From Paraspadella gotoi (Eukaryota; Animalia; Chaetognatha): a stretch of DNA of 64,000 nt. The stretch lies in NCBI GenBank assembly GCA_051294375.1, contig JBJCIZ010000239.1, forward strand, positions 6,363,996-6,427,995, in the 5' to 3' direction. Shown one piece after another: positions 1 to 14,829 of the stretch (position 1 is the first letter of the stretch; every line of letters starts with the position of its first letter). The notes below the pieces were generated by a model that saw nothing but the letters and a program-made list of their open reading frames with translations, made no database searches and was not told the DNA's origin. The translations under genes and the position numbers were made by a program.

Positions 1-487
1 AGAGAGAGAGAGAGGGAGAGAAAAGAGGAAGAAGGAAAGAAAACGCGAAAACGAGACCTTAAAAAGTTGAAATTGTTTCGCCGCAGCGACTTTTCTCTCT
101 TGGACGAATTTCCCCATGATCACGTGTCTACACAAGTATAAAACTTAGGTACAACAAGCTTCTTAACGCTCATTTTTAAAGTTTTATATTATTATTATAC
201 ACCATCTATCTACCGCAATGACTTTTTGATTTCATGCCTGAATGGTCACGTTACTACGCAAGTATGAAACAGGCCAAAAATTGTGTCCTATTGAATTTTT
301 CGGTCATGTGATCACTGATCACTATTTAAGGTTATCATGTGACTGCATATGTGACTGCACAAGCATTGACCCATACGCATTTTACAGGTCGTAGGGTACC
401 TCACCTTCCTAATAAAAAAGAACTTAATTGAAGCAGACTGACTGACAAACAGGACAGACCGACCAAAAACCCAAGCGTCTGATACTA

Positions 488-623
488 TCAGTGATAGGGT
501 TGTTCCGCGAGTACTCGCGGCTTAAGTAAAAAGTGTGGCGGGACAAGGGGAGGAGGAGGAGGGTAGGAGGAGAGGAGAGGGCGCAACGGGAATATATGAC
601 CACCCAAGATATCCAACATTTTT

Positions 624-656
<33 letters not shown>

Positions 657-2952
657 GTCTTTAACGTCGTCGTCTGACTAACAGGTTTTATTTTCAATGG
701 AATTTCTGCTGAAAAGTTTGAAGAGAAAAANNNNNNNNNNNNNNNNNNNNNNNNNNNNNNNNNNNNNNNNNNNNNNNNNNNNNNNNNNNNNNNNNNNNNN
801 NNNNNNNNNNNNNNNNNNNNNNNNNNNNNNNNNNNNNNNNNNNNNNNNNNNNNNNNNNNNNNNNNNNNNNNNNNNNNNNNNNNNNNNNNNNNNNNNNNNN
901 NNNNNNNNNNNNNNNNNNNNNNNNNNNNAATTTCAAGAGAAAATATTTGAGAGAGAATGAGATTGACATATAGAGACAGACAGACTGACCTACCGATGGT
1001 TTTGGGATTACGTGGATGAAAGTTCCGAGGTTCGTAAATTTAGCCATGGCGTTTATCTGAGAAGTCATGATTTGAGAAAGGCATTTCCTTTAGACAAGCA
1101 CAAAATATCGCCCTATGATAATTTATACTCATTCAAAATATGATATTATACATAAAAGTGAGACAACCAATAAAAAAAGACATATATCAACGCATTCTAT
1201 TTTAATACATGAACTTTTTCGCTTACTTCATAGTTTTAGTAGCATAAATTAATGAAAATAACGAGTTTTATGCTACTAGTAACTTCTAAAATTCTAGTTT
1301 TTCAAATAGTTTAAAAATAAATACCAATTTACTAACTTAACAGTAAAGCTATTGCCTCAAATATATTTACATTTTTTTTGTCCTGATCAAAGAAAATTTT
1401 GTGAATCAGAGGNNNNNNNNNNNNNNNNNNNNNNNNNGGTAACATTGCGGTGACAAATTCGTCTATCAAGAAGAACAATGCAATTCAGTTTGTTGTTTTG
1501 GCTATTCTTTCCTCCTCCTTTTCTGATTTCTTTGTTAATTTTTTCTCTTCGTTCACCTTTTTCTTTTCCTTTTTTTCCATTTCACTTCTTTTCATTCTTC
1601 CTCTTCGTCTTCTTTCTTCCTCTTCCTTTTACTTTTACCCTTTCCATTTGCCCTTCTTTCTGCACGTTCCTTTTTTTTCCCTTCTTCTTTTTCCTTCCTC
1701 TTTCCCTCTTCCTTTTTCCCATTTCATTTTTCCTTCCATTTTCCTCTCCCTCTTCCTCCTTCTCTTCCCTTAAACAACATTTCCCTATCCTCTTTTTTTC
1801 TTTCTCGTGGCTCTTCCTATTTCACCATCTTTCTTCCTTTCCATTTTCTTCTTCCTTTCTCATCATTTCCGCCTTCCTCTTCCTCATCCCTTTTCTCTTC
1901 TTTTCTCTTCAGGTTTTTTCCTAGTGTCTTTTTCTTTTTTTTTCTTTTTTTTTTTGTTATTTTCGGGCGTCTTCAGGCGCAAAGGAGCAAAAGAAACGCC
2001 GACCCGAAAGGGGGTAAAGTGAGAGGGGGGAAGAATAGGGGGAGGAATACAACAGGCGGGTGAAGAAGAGAATGGGTTTGTAGCGGGGGAGGCGGGAAAG
2101 AGACAGGGCGTTCGGGGGTAAGGAGTGTATAGAAAAAGAGAAAGAGAGAGAGGGGAAGAGGAGAGAGAGAGGGTGGGGATTGAATAAATTCTAATGAATG
2201 GAAAAGTCAGAGAAAAAATTGAATGATATTGGAATGGTGAAGATTAATACTAATTAAACACAGAGGGAATATGGGGGATCGGAGAGAGAGAGAGATGATG
2301 AGGAGAAGATGAGGAGAGACAGAGAGATGAGAGAGAGAGATGAGAAAGGAGACAAAAGTTCGAAGTAGAAAATGGGGTGGGTTAGACTGGGGGGAAAAAG
2401 AAATGAGAATGAAAAATGATTATAATTATGGGTGAATGAGTAATAATAAAAAATATGCTTATAGTAAAAAACGATATAGTACATACGACACAATTTAGCA
2501 AATTTACTTGTTTCACTATTTTTCATTTTTCTATTCCAATATTTTAATTACCTTCATGAGGATTATAGTATGCGTTAATCTATTTATTAGTTTGTCAAAC
2601 ATATATTGCACCTCTTTTTTAAAAATTTTATTTATGCTAATAATCAATTTGGGAAGGGCAGTCAGTGTTGTCTTCTGGAAATTAGAGGGACATCTATACA
2701 ACACAAGGTTAGATTATACTATGCTGTCCTATTTTTCTAATATAGAGTATCTAACATCAAGTTTTCTGTTAGAAAAGGTCATTAATGAAAAATCATAATA
2801 ATCTAAACAAAAGAAGAAGGGATTTGAAAAACAAAAAAAAGAAACATAACAAAAGAAAAATTGTTGTTCAAAATTCCCCGACTCACGTCGCCTCCATGAA
2901 GGAGACTGAAAGTTGGGTTTTATCTGTTGAAAAGTTATCAATGTCAGACAGA

Positions 2953-3010
<58 letters not shown>

Positions 3011-4125
3011 CCCCCCGCGCGATGGCTTTTTAGCTCAAGATTCTCTCTTGACAAAAGAAAAAGAAGAAGAAGACGCGACAATTTGACAAATGGATATTTT
3101 TTTGGCTTAAAAATACAGAAAAAGATAAAAAAGATGGGAACAAACTATGGCCTTATTTTCCCAAAACGTCCCATTTCATTTTAAAATTAGGTTAATTAGT
3201 GTTGTAGGGTTAGTGATTTGGTTAGGGATTAGTTTAGTGATTACTGTTAGCGATTAGGTTTGTAATTAGGGTTAAAGATTTGGGTTAGGGATTAGCGTTT
3301 AAGGTTAGTGGTTACAGTTAAAAATTAAGGATAAGGGGCGAAGGTTAGGGTTAGGATTAGGATTAAGGAGTTGGGTTATAAATTTAAGAATAGATTTACG
3401 TCAAATATTAAGACCAATATCAAATTCAGGGATAAAGGAAAATAAACCCCACACTATTAGGAAAAAGAGAGAAAAAAAGATCTTTTTTAAGAGTTTAAAT
3501 GACAAAAATGACAAATAAAGGGGGAAAACATTAGGCAAGATGTGGGGGGAATCAAAGTTTACAGAGTCGAAGTTTGTGATTAAGCATCAAAAAAAAAACT
3601 TGAACAAAGAGCATATTTTACTGAGGACACTTACAGTGGTGACTGGTTTATTTTTGCAGGCGGGGGAGGGTGAACTGATCTTACTGCGTTCATACTGTAC
3701 CTAAGAGAGAGTGATCAGAGAGAGAGACGTGTGGTCAGAGAGAGAGAGACAGAGAGTCAGAGGAGAGCGGAAGGAAGAAAGAGATTTCGGAGGAGAGAGA
3801 GAGNNNNNNNNNNNNNNNNNNNNNNNNNGATAGAGAGCGGGAGGAAGTAGAAAGCAGAAGTGAGAGAGAGAGTGAGAGGCAGAGAGAGATGAGAGAGAGA
3901 GAAGAGAGGCAGAGAAGAGGGAGAGAGGAGCAGAAAGAGTAGGAGCAGAGCACGAGAAAAGAATAGAAAGAATAGCGAACACAAAAATCTATAAAACCAA
4001 AAAAAAAACGCGGGAAAGTTACATAACTATGTCCCGACGCCCTGCGTACTCTCTCTCTCTCTCACGACCTTTTCCATCATTTTCATTATTTTCTCAGGAG
4101 ATTTTCGCTGTCTACTTCTTACGCC
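488..4125 (-). other. Candidate small exons of an unidentified minus-strand gene (4125-4069, 3700-3635, 2923-2887, ~1087-994, ~708-530)
   Basis: Short unique islands bounded by polypyrimidine-AG and GT(A/G)AGT-like signals amid microsatellites; reading frame and product not resolved. Confidence 0.3.
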
Positions 4126-4533
4126 CTGAAATGGATATTATCCAGAATTTTTGAGGCCAGTTTTTTCTTTTTCCTTTTCTTTCTATTTTTTTTCTCGCTC
4201 AAAAGCAGACGACGAATCAACAGATAAACACTTAGCTGTTCGCAGGTTCTAACAAAATAAGTTTCGGTAAAAAATCGTGAAGGAGTGAATTAGAAAATTG
4301 TAAGTTTTATTTAAATCTTAAGGACAAGAGAAATTAAGTGTGAAACAAGGAATGGTAAAGAAAACGCACTGTGACTGACTAATCAATAAAATATTACCTG
4401 CGGCTTTTAAAAAAGACTATGATAAAAAAAATATACCAGTAAAAATGGTGAAAATAGAGTGAGTGAGAGGCAATAGATAGAAGATAGAGCATATTGATAA
4501 TATTGATAATATTGATGATAATAATAATAACAA

Positions 4534-4570
<37 letters not shown>

Positions 4571-7500
4571 TGGCTCGCGTACCTCCGTCGATGATCTCCC
4601 GTTCTCACGCGCCCATGACTTTTTTCAGATTGCCCCTCGTGGTGCCTGGATCGTAAATTGCTGCCTTTTTTTATTTATATGCGCGTTTGCGCTCTCTGCG
4701 TGTTAATGGATTTTTTTATCCTCAACTGTCTGTAGTGGGCTGAGGCTTATATATTGATTAAGCTCACTCTCGTAGTCTTTTTTCTGATTTCGAGTCCTCC
4801 CGTTTTTTTGATTATTCAGGGCGATCATCGGTTTTCGAATGTTTTTGCTATTAGTTTGATTCAGGGGGGCTTGTATATGAAGCGCGCTTGTTTTAGGGGG
4901 TCGTGTGTGGCGTGTGTTTGGCGGGGGTGTGCGCTCGTTTCCCGCTGATTGGGCGTAGAAATAGAGTTATTTCGGTGTTTCTCAGATGAGGAGTGGTTTA
5001 TGTTTCTCCGATGTTTAATGGGCTGGCTATGGGGTCGTTCAGAGTGTTTATTCGAGAGTCGGTTTTTACGTTTGGGAGTCGGCAGTGTTTCTTGGGTAAG
5101 AGATTTCATGTAATTCATCGCGTTACTTTGTTCTGTGGTGGTTTTCTTGTTGAGGCTGTTGGTGCGCGCGTGCTTGGCGTTCTGTGTTGCGTGAGGTCGG
5201 AGCGTGGGGGTGGAGTTCTTGTTGAACTACAGACAGGCTTGCTGGTTTGACTGTTTTATTTTCGGTTGGGGCTTTGTCGAATTCATTTCATATTTGATCT
5301 TCATGTAGGTCGAGATATGTTGCAGATCTACGCTGTCATAGCTTTTCGGTTTCGGAGTGTGTGTTCGAAATGTATGGCTACATGGTTTCCTGAGGGAGTG
5401 GCGGCATTATTGATAGGCTTTTTCTTTGATATTTATTTAGAGGTTTTTTGGGGCTCGTATTGGAGTGGTGATGGTGCGGAGGGCGTGCATTATTGTTGAC
5501 TATCGAGGAGGGGTTTTGGGTAGTCTCGAAGAGCTAATGCGGCGAGGTGTTGTTGTTTCGATTGTTGTTGTTCTTGTTGTGGCATCGGGATGGGCTTCGG
5601 CGAGCTGTGATGTAATTAGTCTGGGATCCGCTTTAAAGCGCGTTGAGTGGTTGTGCCATTTGAGAGGGTTTGTCGGTTTTATATTATTTTTTCCGCGTTG
5701 GGGTTTATGGGTTGCGCTTGGGGTGCCTACGATGGCGTCGATAGTGCCATTTTTTCCGGTAGGTCGTCCAGAGTGGGGTTCGAGTTTTGGTGTGGGCATT
5801 CAGTGTTGTGGGTGGGAGGTGGGGTAGATCGGGGGGGGAGTTGGTGTGGTTTGTGTGTACGTTGGGGTGGCCGACCTCGCCGTTGGTCTTGTAGACGGAA
5901 ACCTTAAGGTTGGACGAGGCCATGTGGAGGCCCGGCGTTTATCAGTAAGGGTGCCTAGCAACGCTCGTACGGGCGGCGCGGCGTTCGTGCGGCACCGAAT
6001 GAAAAATTTTCGATGCGCTGATCATTTTAAAATAATCATCCGTTTGATATTAGTTGGGAAAGTTAAAATAAATACGAATACCTCACCTCAAGAAACTTAC
6101 TCTTGTGCCTATTTTTTTCATTTTATTGCTATGCATAACCGAAATTCTTTTACGAGGCTTGCGGCCGAAAAATGAAAATTCGTTTTTCCTTATTTTGCTT
6201 AGTTTTCGCTTCGGCGCGAATTTTCCCTATAGGGACTGCACCAAACCTGAAAATTCTGATTAAATGATTTTTCAGATTTGAAATTTTTTGTATTTTATTT
6301 TTTACTGTTTAAGGACAATATGTTTTTTTCAGAAACTGTTTTGTTTTGGTTAGTAACATTATTTTAAAAAATTTATTTTATTATTTAAGTGGCTGGAAGT
6401 AGGGTTTTAAAAAATATTTTAATTTATTATTTATTTTTCGATTTTCGTAAGTGCATACCCCCTACTCGAAAATTTTTTGTTCAGTATTTTGTGGACATGT
6501 AAATATAAGTTTTTTCGACAATTATTGTTCTCATTTTGGTTGCTAATATGTTTATGTTACCGGATTTCACGTTTAAAGTTTAAGGTCTCAAAATGGGATT
6601 ATTGGCGTTACAGGGTCGTAATCGGTTTTATGCTCGAGATTTATTCGCGTTTTTCCGGTTTTAATATCGTAGGTTCTCATCTCGGGTCTGATTTATTTTC
6701 GAAAATTCGCTGGAGTTTTTGGAATTTTTATATTGGAAAAAGAAAAAATATTTTTTATTATTTTTTGGCCCCTCATTTGCATAACGGGTTTTTCAATACG
6801 AGTCGCGGTTTGTCGCTTCTGTTCTTTGTTTTCCTCCTTTTTTCCAGGTTTTAGTTACCCGTCCTTTCTGTACCTAGATCATAACGGACGTTCAAGTGTG
6901 ACGTGGAAAGAAACTTTAAAACATTTTCAAAGCTTTCCAAAATGCAGGCCTCCATCACTAGTCAGGCGTCAGGTAGTACGGGCGCTGCAAAATGTGTTGT
7001 GCTCCGCACCTAGCCCGCCAGGGACAAGCTGCTCCTGTCCAGCAGCCGCTCTGGGTCGATTCAGTTGACGGCGGCCAAAACGGCAGAGAAAATAGACGCC
7101 GCGTATGGCTGCAACTTTTCGTCAAAATGGTGCGTTTCGGCGCGGCGTCATTCTGACGAGGCGGCTAATGTCGCCGGAGCGCCTATTTTGAAGAATCTGA
7201 AAAGTCATTGCCGCCCTATTAGACCTTGGTTCGTCGCGATGGACGAGATTGCAAGGAGCATCAGAGGCAAATGAATTGTGCTGCCACCCGGAGGCGAGAC
7301 CGGTGATGACTCGGTGAAGGTTAGCGAAAGCGTCAGGGGCTGTTTCAGTCCAGCGTGACGCCGCTGTTGAGTCTGGAGCGGTCGGAGACGTGTGGGCGGT
7401 TGAAGGCGGCTCAAGCCCTCCGCCCCAGTTCCGGGACGTCGACTTATGTTCGACTCCAGAAAGGTGGAGAAGCAGGTTCGAAAGCGGCCCTTTGAGGCCG

Positions 7501-10500
7501 CGACGTCAGTTGGTTAAGATCCGAGGTCGCCGGAGGCGTTCGGTGTTGATTCGACGGCTTTTGGAGTCTCCACGCCAGTCGCCGAAGGGGTAAGGTCTCC
7601 GCCGGCGGGTCGGGTGAAAAGCGTGAGGACGGGCGCGACCGGAGTCCGCAGCAGTGAGTGAGAAGGGGCGGTGCGATTTCGCATATCTGCCCGCTTGCTC
7701 TCACTGTGTGTTTTGTGGGCAGGCCTTGGTGTCCGTGGCGGCCCGCGGGAGATATTTTGAGATTGTTTTATATTTTTATTTTGAAGTTGTTTGCCGGGAC
7801 GGGTTTAGCATTACAGCCCTATCCTCCCTTCTGGAGATATGGGGGCCTAAAACTTTTAACAGCACATAGATCATTGTAAAGGGTTTGGGGTTTACGGAAG
7901 CTCCTCCCCTGTTAAAACCACTGAGCTAATTTTATTGGGTGGTTAGATGTCACGTGATTTACTTATTTTATTTGGCACAGTAAAGAGTAGGTAATATTAC
8001 GCGCATTGTGTCAGTCGTGAGTCATTTTCTTCAGTCAGGCATCCTAAACATTATTACATGTGGCTTATGATAAGATATAGTCCCAAAAATGTACCTTTGA
8101 TTATAAAATTACCTAGGCTAATTTTTAATCTAGCATTTTTCCGCGCAACACTTGGTAAATATTATATTTTAATATTATTTTCTTAAGTCTTTATTTCGTG
8201 CTTTTCTATTTACAAGCCTCAACGATCCGGCTCGTGTTGTTCGTCAGTGGGTCAGTGGTTCTCTCTTGGATTTCATCTGACGACGTTCATACGAAATGGT
8301 TTCTATAGTTAGTAGTGTTCTCTTAACTTGGTATTTGTTCGTTTTTGGGTCTGCGTCCCGTCTAACCGGCCAGACCAATTATTTATTTTTTTTTTGTTTT
8401 GTCCTTGCGTCCGTAATGCGGAGCCAGGGACTAGTCTGCGTCGTTCTATTACGCGCAGATACATTTTTTATCTTAAACGAGGGCAGAAGATATGTTTTTC
8501 AATTTTTTGGCGACGCCCCGGTCGCAGAGAAGAATTAAAGTTTTTCGTTTTTTTGAAACGCTTACAGCGTTTTTAAAGTAAAAATTATTTAGAGAATTTT
8601 GATAAATAAGACGAACGGTTTTTAAGACGGGGTTTAATTTTTTGAAATGATAGGATAATTTTTTCATTATTGATTGAATATCTTTTTCATTTTTAAATAT
8701 AAATAAACTCCGTCGGCGCGAGTCAACCTTACTCTTTTTCGGAGTATTTTTTCTCATAAAGTTAAACAGGCCTCTCGCGCCTGATAGGGCTTAGGCTATT
8801 TTTCTTTAATTCGATGGCGCTCAGGCTTTTCTCGAAAGCCTTTTCTTCTTTCTGTGAGCTGAAAGAGGCTCGTCTTCCATTTTTACCAATTATAACTGAT
8901 TTGTTATTTTAATTAATAGTTATTTTTATTTCTTTATTTTCCCGTTTTCTGGATTTGTTCAAATTCGCGATGGAAAAGTTGGATTCTCCTTGGCGGAGTA
9001 AAGGGTTGGGATCCGAGATACGGATTCGATTTCCTGGTAAAACGTGGCGAAAACGTTATTTATTTAACATTTTTTTCAGTCACGTTCACTCGGATTTCCT
9101 ATTTTTTTCTGCACTTAGCAATCCTTTTTTATGGGAGTCCCGGCCCCAGTTACAAAAGCCGTATTATTTTTATTCAATGTTTTGTTCATGTTCTATTTTG
9201 CCTCTTTATTTCGAATTTACTGCACCATGGGTCGACTTGATCGGCATGGGGGCTGCCTTTGTGGGACGGAAGTTCCTTCTTGCTTTGCTCGGCTTTGACG
9301 TCCGTCCTCGGATCAGAAAGTTAATCGGTGGAAGGTGTTTTATCATGGCCGGCGGTGAGGTTCGTGAGAGGCCTCTGTCCGCGTGCAGCGGCAAGTGCCC
9401 GTACCAGCCTCTACTCGTTTGACGCATGTGTTTTACTTTGACCTTATTTCAAAATCTCCAATATTTTTTGGCCTTTTTTAACGCGTTTTTTTGGAAAAAT
9501 TTACATTTTTTATTTCGTTATCGTTGCGTTCAGTTTCGCGGATGTTACGCGGGATAACCTTATATTTCGTCATATTTCGTACGTACCCTCCGTATATTGC
9601 GTTATGTTGACTCATGCGATATTTTCCCCACGCGGACCCATCTCGTACGATCTCGATGCATTCGTGATGCAGTCGTATTACATGTTGTTTTCTGCTGTTT
9701 TAATGCTCGTTTACATGCCGGCCTTCGAGCACGATGAAACATGAGTTGCCGGTTCCGTAGTGAGAGACGCTCGAGATCGTGACGAACGATTACGGGCTGA
9801 GCTACGAATTATCGATGTTGCGTTTGGTCGTGCTGGTACTTGGTGTGGCGTGAACATTTAGAAAATAATTATTGTTATTCTTAAGTTTTTTCTTAATATT
9901 TTTTTAAGTTTTAAAATAAATATTTATTTTTAGGAGAATATTCGTTATTTGGTATGGTTGGTTTTTCGGTAGGTTAACCCTCGACTTTCAAATCGATGCG
10001 TACGGCCCCTCGGATTATCTCCGGATTAAGTGTTTTTCCATCATGCCTTTTTCCCCGGAATCTTTCGCGACTTTACGCTCGAGAGAAATTTTGTGATTTT
10101 CCCCCCAAGTTTATCCCCCAAGCATTACAAATTAACTCGCGGTAGTTTCATTGTTCTTTGTATTTTTTGAATGTAGCGGTTTTTTTTTGCTGAAGATTTG
10201 TGTCGAAATTTTTTCTTTTTTTTGTACGAAGGTTAGTTCCTCTCCGTTCGTGCGGGGGTAACGGCCAAATTTTATCGTAATGAAAATTTAGTATTTTTTG
10301 GAAAAATATGTTTATTTAAAAGCATACTTTGTTCGTTTTTTAAAGAAAATTGATGTATTGTTCGTTTTTAGTGAATAAGCCTTAACGCGCACTAAATCAC
10401 AAAGCGTGTTTTTGGTAATTTTGTTTTAGATTTTCTGTGTTTTAGGAAGTTAGAAACAAGTGAAATTGAGTCTAAGGTTCAAGGTTTTTTAGGTTGAGTG

Positions 10501-13500
10501 AGAGGAGGAAAAACAAACCAACGCTCGCCAAGCGTGTTCTTACCGACGCAGAACATAGACGGAGAACAAACCCTCTTCGAGGCGTGTTGCAGTGACCACC
10601 CACTGCTTAAAACACCCATTGTCCGCATTTTTTGTAATTTATTTAGTTTTGTTCGTTTTTTGATAGCCTAAGGAGAAAGAATAGAGCGACATTAGAGTAG
10701 GAGAATAAATATAGATTTATCTTTCTCTGATATTTATATTATTCATAGTTTGCCCCTAACATTTTTTCGCTTTTTGATAAAAGTTTTTTGCCTCAAACTT
10801 TCAAAGAGTCTCTAGGACGGAGGAGCTTTGTGAGTTGATGCTAAAATATCACATTTTAGGCGTTGGAGCGACGTCCAACCCGCGTGTCATGGGTGCTGTC
10901 CTCCCTGCGCGCCGCAAGGCGGCGGTTTCTCTTGTACACACGGCCGGTTTCCAGTTAAGATTGGTTGAGAGAAATCGTCGGTGAACTCCAAATTTGTCGG
11001 CATTACGGTATACGAGAGGTTACTTTGTTAGAACCACCGTCTTCCTCTTGGTAGGCGGGCAAGGACCTTACCGAAATCCCCTTTAGAGGTACTCTACGGC
11101 CGTCTTAACAGTTATGTCCTGGCTTTCCCGGCAAAGTCAGCTGGTTCGTAAATCGTCGGACTTTGTACGTTACATTTTTTGTATTTTCTGCCCTTTAAAA
11201 ATAAGTTAGCAGGAGCTATGGATCAGGCGAGCCAGCGCAACTGAGGGGATTACCATCGTATTGGCCTGGTTTTATTTTTGGCAGGGTTTGAGGGTCTCGC
11301 GCCCCACTCCCGTGTGGAGTCTTAGTTTTTACCGTTGGCCCGTATTATTACTCGTCCGAGATTGTTGCAACGGCAGACGGATGCTTAAAATAAAATGACA
11401 ATAAAGTAAGTTCCTATTATTGCATCCAGAGTTGAGATTAATTTCGTTTCTTAGTGTCGTTTTTTAGGTTTTGTGTTTCGGGTTTAGTATGTGATTCAGG
11501 AATTGGATTTCGTTTTTTAAGGATTAGTTCCTAATATTTTTTTTTGCCAACCGGTGACTACGACATTAGGTAGATAAGGTTTTTCTAAATTCTTTTGATT
11601 TTCAGTGTATATTTCAAGAAGATTTTTCAATTTACAAGTAGATTCGACAGGCGAAGATTTAGTGGGCAGATTGATCGCAAGATTTTAGGTATTTTTTTAT
11701 ATTTTGTCTCAATTTACTATTTTTTCCCGTAGGAAGTAGTATAAGTTTTTTGTGTCGTAGTATGGTGTGCGTCTCTAATATTTTGGTAAGGGGACGTATG
11801 TGCGCAGATCTTCGAAGATTCGGTCTTTCGGCATCGGAGGCTTCATCAAGGATCGTTGAAGGAATGACTGTGGGAGTATGCCTGATGTGCCTGAAGTATG
11901 TGTCGATCCTTTATGCGGCTACCTGCGGTAGAAGATGAATTTTTGAAGATTTGTGTTATATCGTCTCTGGTTTGTTCGTGATTATGAAGGCACCTTTTGG
12001 CTCGCCAATGTTCGTCTGAGGTCGAGGGGTTGAATATTGTTCTTAGCACGGTTCAGTAATTACTTCGAGATCCGATTTCGTTCCTGCGGGGGGCAGAAAG
12101 TTGCATTCGGTAAACCGTGTATATCGTTTCCCAATGATCGGACAAACTTAGAATTTTTTCTTTATATATTTCGTTCCATGCTTTGGAATTCGAATTGGTC
12201 GGCGTGCTGTACGCTTAACCGATTCGGGCTTCCATTAAATATCACGCTTCTTTCCTTTAGTTGGACTCTTTCGAGAGATCGGCGGTGTAATTATGTTCGA
12301 GTTCGGGTCGGCCTCAGGAGACAGATCCACCGGTCTTCGCGCTTCGACACTAAGTGAAAAGAAAATCGGGTTTGAAGTCGGCCACCGGGGTCAGTCATAA
12401 ACCGGCTTTTAAACTTCGATAAAGGATTATAATTATTTTGCTTTTGATTTAGTTATTTTTTTGTAGTGATAAGCCGAAGTAGCTTGCCAAAAATCATTTT
12501 ATATTGGTGTCAGTTAGTTATCAGTCAGAAATATTTAGCATCCCTTTCCGTCTGCATTCCCCCCTGCTTGTGTCAATTTATTTATAGGCCTTTTGTATGT
12601 ATCTTTTCAGTTAGGCCGGGCAACTCACACGATTTAAAGTAATACTGGCCAGAGATTTGCCCCAGTTTTTTTATGTTTCTGTTTTTGATTACGGTTGAAA
12701 AATCGGGTCGGTAGATATTACCACGTCCGTACATGAGATGTTTTTTTGTGGGTTTTCTCTATAATCGTAGTCAGAGACGTTCGTTTTGCAAATCGCAAGC
12801 ACGGCGCTTCGCAATTCGCAGAAGTTGGGTGAGCGGCACTCAGGCCGTTTCGTGAACCGAGCGAACATAGTTGTGCTACGTTTTTCTGTTTTTTGGCTGA
12901 AATTATATTGGAAGTTACGACTGCCGTAGTTTTTTAATGACATCAAGGCTGTCTCCGGTTTTTTCTAAATTCATCATTGTGTAACCCTACCTGTTTTCGT
13001 CGTTCAAACATGATAACTTGAAGTAGCAATTAGCCGTGTGGAAGAGGGTTGTCCCGGTCGTTTTGTCGTCTGCGTCGTCACCGTCTGTCCGTTCAGCCGT
13101 ATATCGTCAGTTTTTTTGTCAGTATTTTTTTGGAATTTTCTTGTGTTTTTGAGTATTAAAACAAAGTAAAGGTCCTAGGCGGCATTTTTTGCATAGCTCC
13201 GCTTTTAATATTCTTCCTTTCCTACTTTTCCAGGCCCCCTGCGACCGATATTTGGATGTAGTTCTTTCTAAGACATGCTCGCGCGAAGGTATTTGGTATG
13301 CTTGACATACCCAAATAGCGGGGGGGTGTTAACGACAATAACTATCTTTAATATTCCGAGGAAATGCCAGCTTCTCTACTTTTCCCTCGATATGCTTCTT
13401 TTGGCTCTTTATTACTCGACATATCGAAAATAGCGTTCCCTTCTAATGGAATCGACACGACATCTTTAGGCCTCTCTCTTTTGTGTTCCTAACTTAAGTA

Positions 13501-14193
13501 CAGAATTCCGAAGCAAAGTGTACAAGCTGATTCTGATTGGGCCCGGTTATCTAAGTATGGATGTGGCGTAAATTTCGGATAGAGTTTCGATTAAAGATTC
13601 TGATCGAATTCTATCCACAGTGGCATCTTCAGATCTCAAAAGTTGTCACTGGGTTTTAAGTTCTTTTCAAGCATTAGAAACTCTAATCAGATTATCGTCG
13701 GATCTTATTTTTTGTGTGATCAGCTGGTTTGTGGACTTTTCTATGAGGAAGCATCTCTATTTTGCATATTATTTGGCTTCAGAAACAAGTAAGAAAGACA
13801 CTTTAATTTATATATATTTGCTGAGTGTTGTACTAATGTTTTGTTATTCTTTGCCCAGGACTTCTAACTCCTTTTACAGACTTACAACTACAGACATTTC
13901 GTCAAGTCCTGGGCTTCGTAAGATCGTCGTCGCTTTCGGCCTTAGCCCGGTCAGTCTACCGAAAACTTTTTGTCGTCATCATCTCCAGGGCCGTCCTTGA
14001 CCGGGGCGCCTATCGTCTCTTCTGCGCCATTTTATACCCGATTCATCTGGTCTTCAATGCGCAGAATTAGTCCAGTCCAGTTAGTATTCAAAGAACGCCA
14101 CATATCTGCCGAACTTAGTTCACAACAATCTATTTATTATTATTATATGATTATATTAATTTATTGATNNNNNNNNNNNNNNNNNNNNNNNNN

Positions 14194-14300
14194 ATAATCG
14201 AAAATCGCGTAGAGTAAGCGGCATCGTCAGCGTCTACAGCGCCTGCAGCGCTCTGCGGCGGTGGGGCCTGCAGCGGCGGCGGCGGCGGCGGTGGCTTCAT
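14194..14300 (-). CDS. Possible first coding exon of an unidentified gene, truncated by a gap
   Basis: GC-rich ATG-initiated frame MKPPPPPPLQAPPPQSAAGAVDADDAAYSTRFS running into the 25-N gap. Confidence 0.3.
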
Positions 14301-14780
14301 GTCGATCGAGAGGCGGGGGGGCACAAGAAATATTTTGCTTCCTTTCTTTTCTTTTTTTTCTCCTTTCCGTCTTTACTTTTTATTTTTCCCTTCATTCCTA
14401 CTCTCCTTTCCTCCCTCTTTCTTTCCCATTCCTCCCTCCCGCTCTCCCTTTCCTTTCTCTCTCCTCTCCTCTCCTTTCCTTCCTCTCCCTTGCTTTCCTC
14501 CCTCCCTCCCACTCATCCTTTCCTTTCTTCCTCACTCTCTCCCTCCTCTCTTCTTTCCCTACTCCCTTTGCTCCCCTCCCTCCCTCTCCCTCTCCCTCTC
14601 CCTCCCCATCGTCCTCTTATCTTCTTATCGTCTTCTTGTGATTCATTTTTTCTTGTCCGTGAATCAAAATAAAAAAGAAAGAAAGAAAGAGTGAGAAATG
14701 GAGCGACGCCCGGGCGTGAGCCTGCCTGGGTGGTGCCCGAGATTCGAACAAGTGAGGGGGCGGGGTGGGGTGGCACTTTA

Positions 14781-14829
<49 letters not shown>

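Noticed and set aside
1450-4000. Many Phe/Ser/Leu- or Glu/Arg-rich ORFs (also 14261-14968, 24075-24440, 42262-42705 and others)
   Set aside because: They are translations of (CT)n/(GA)n and pyrimidine tracts that lack stops by composition.
4571-5900. Mitochondrial insertion (NUMT) suggested by G/T skew
   Set aside because: No recognisable cox, cob, nad, rRNA or tRNA motif was found by eye; left unassigned.
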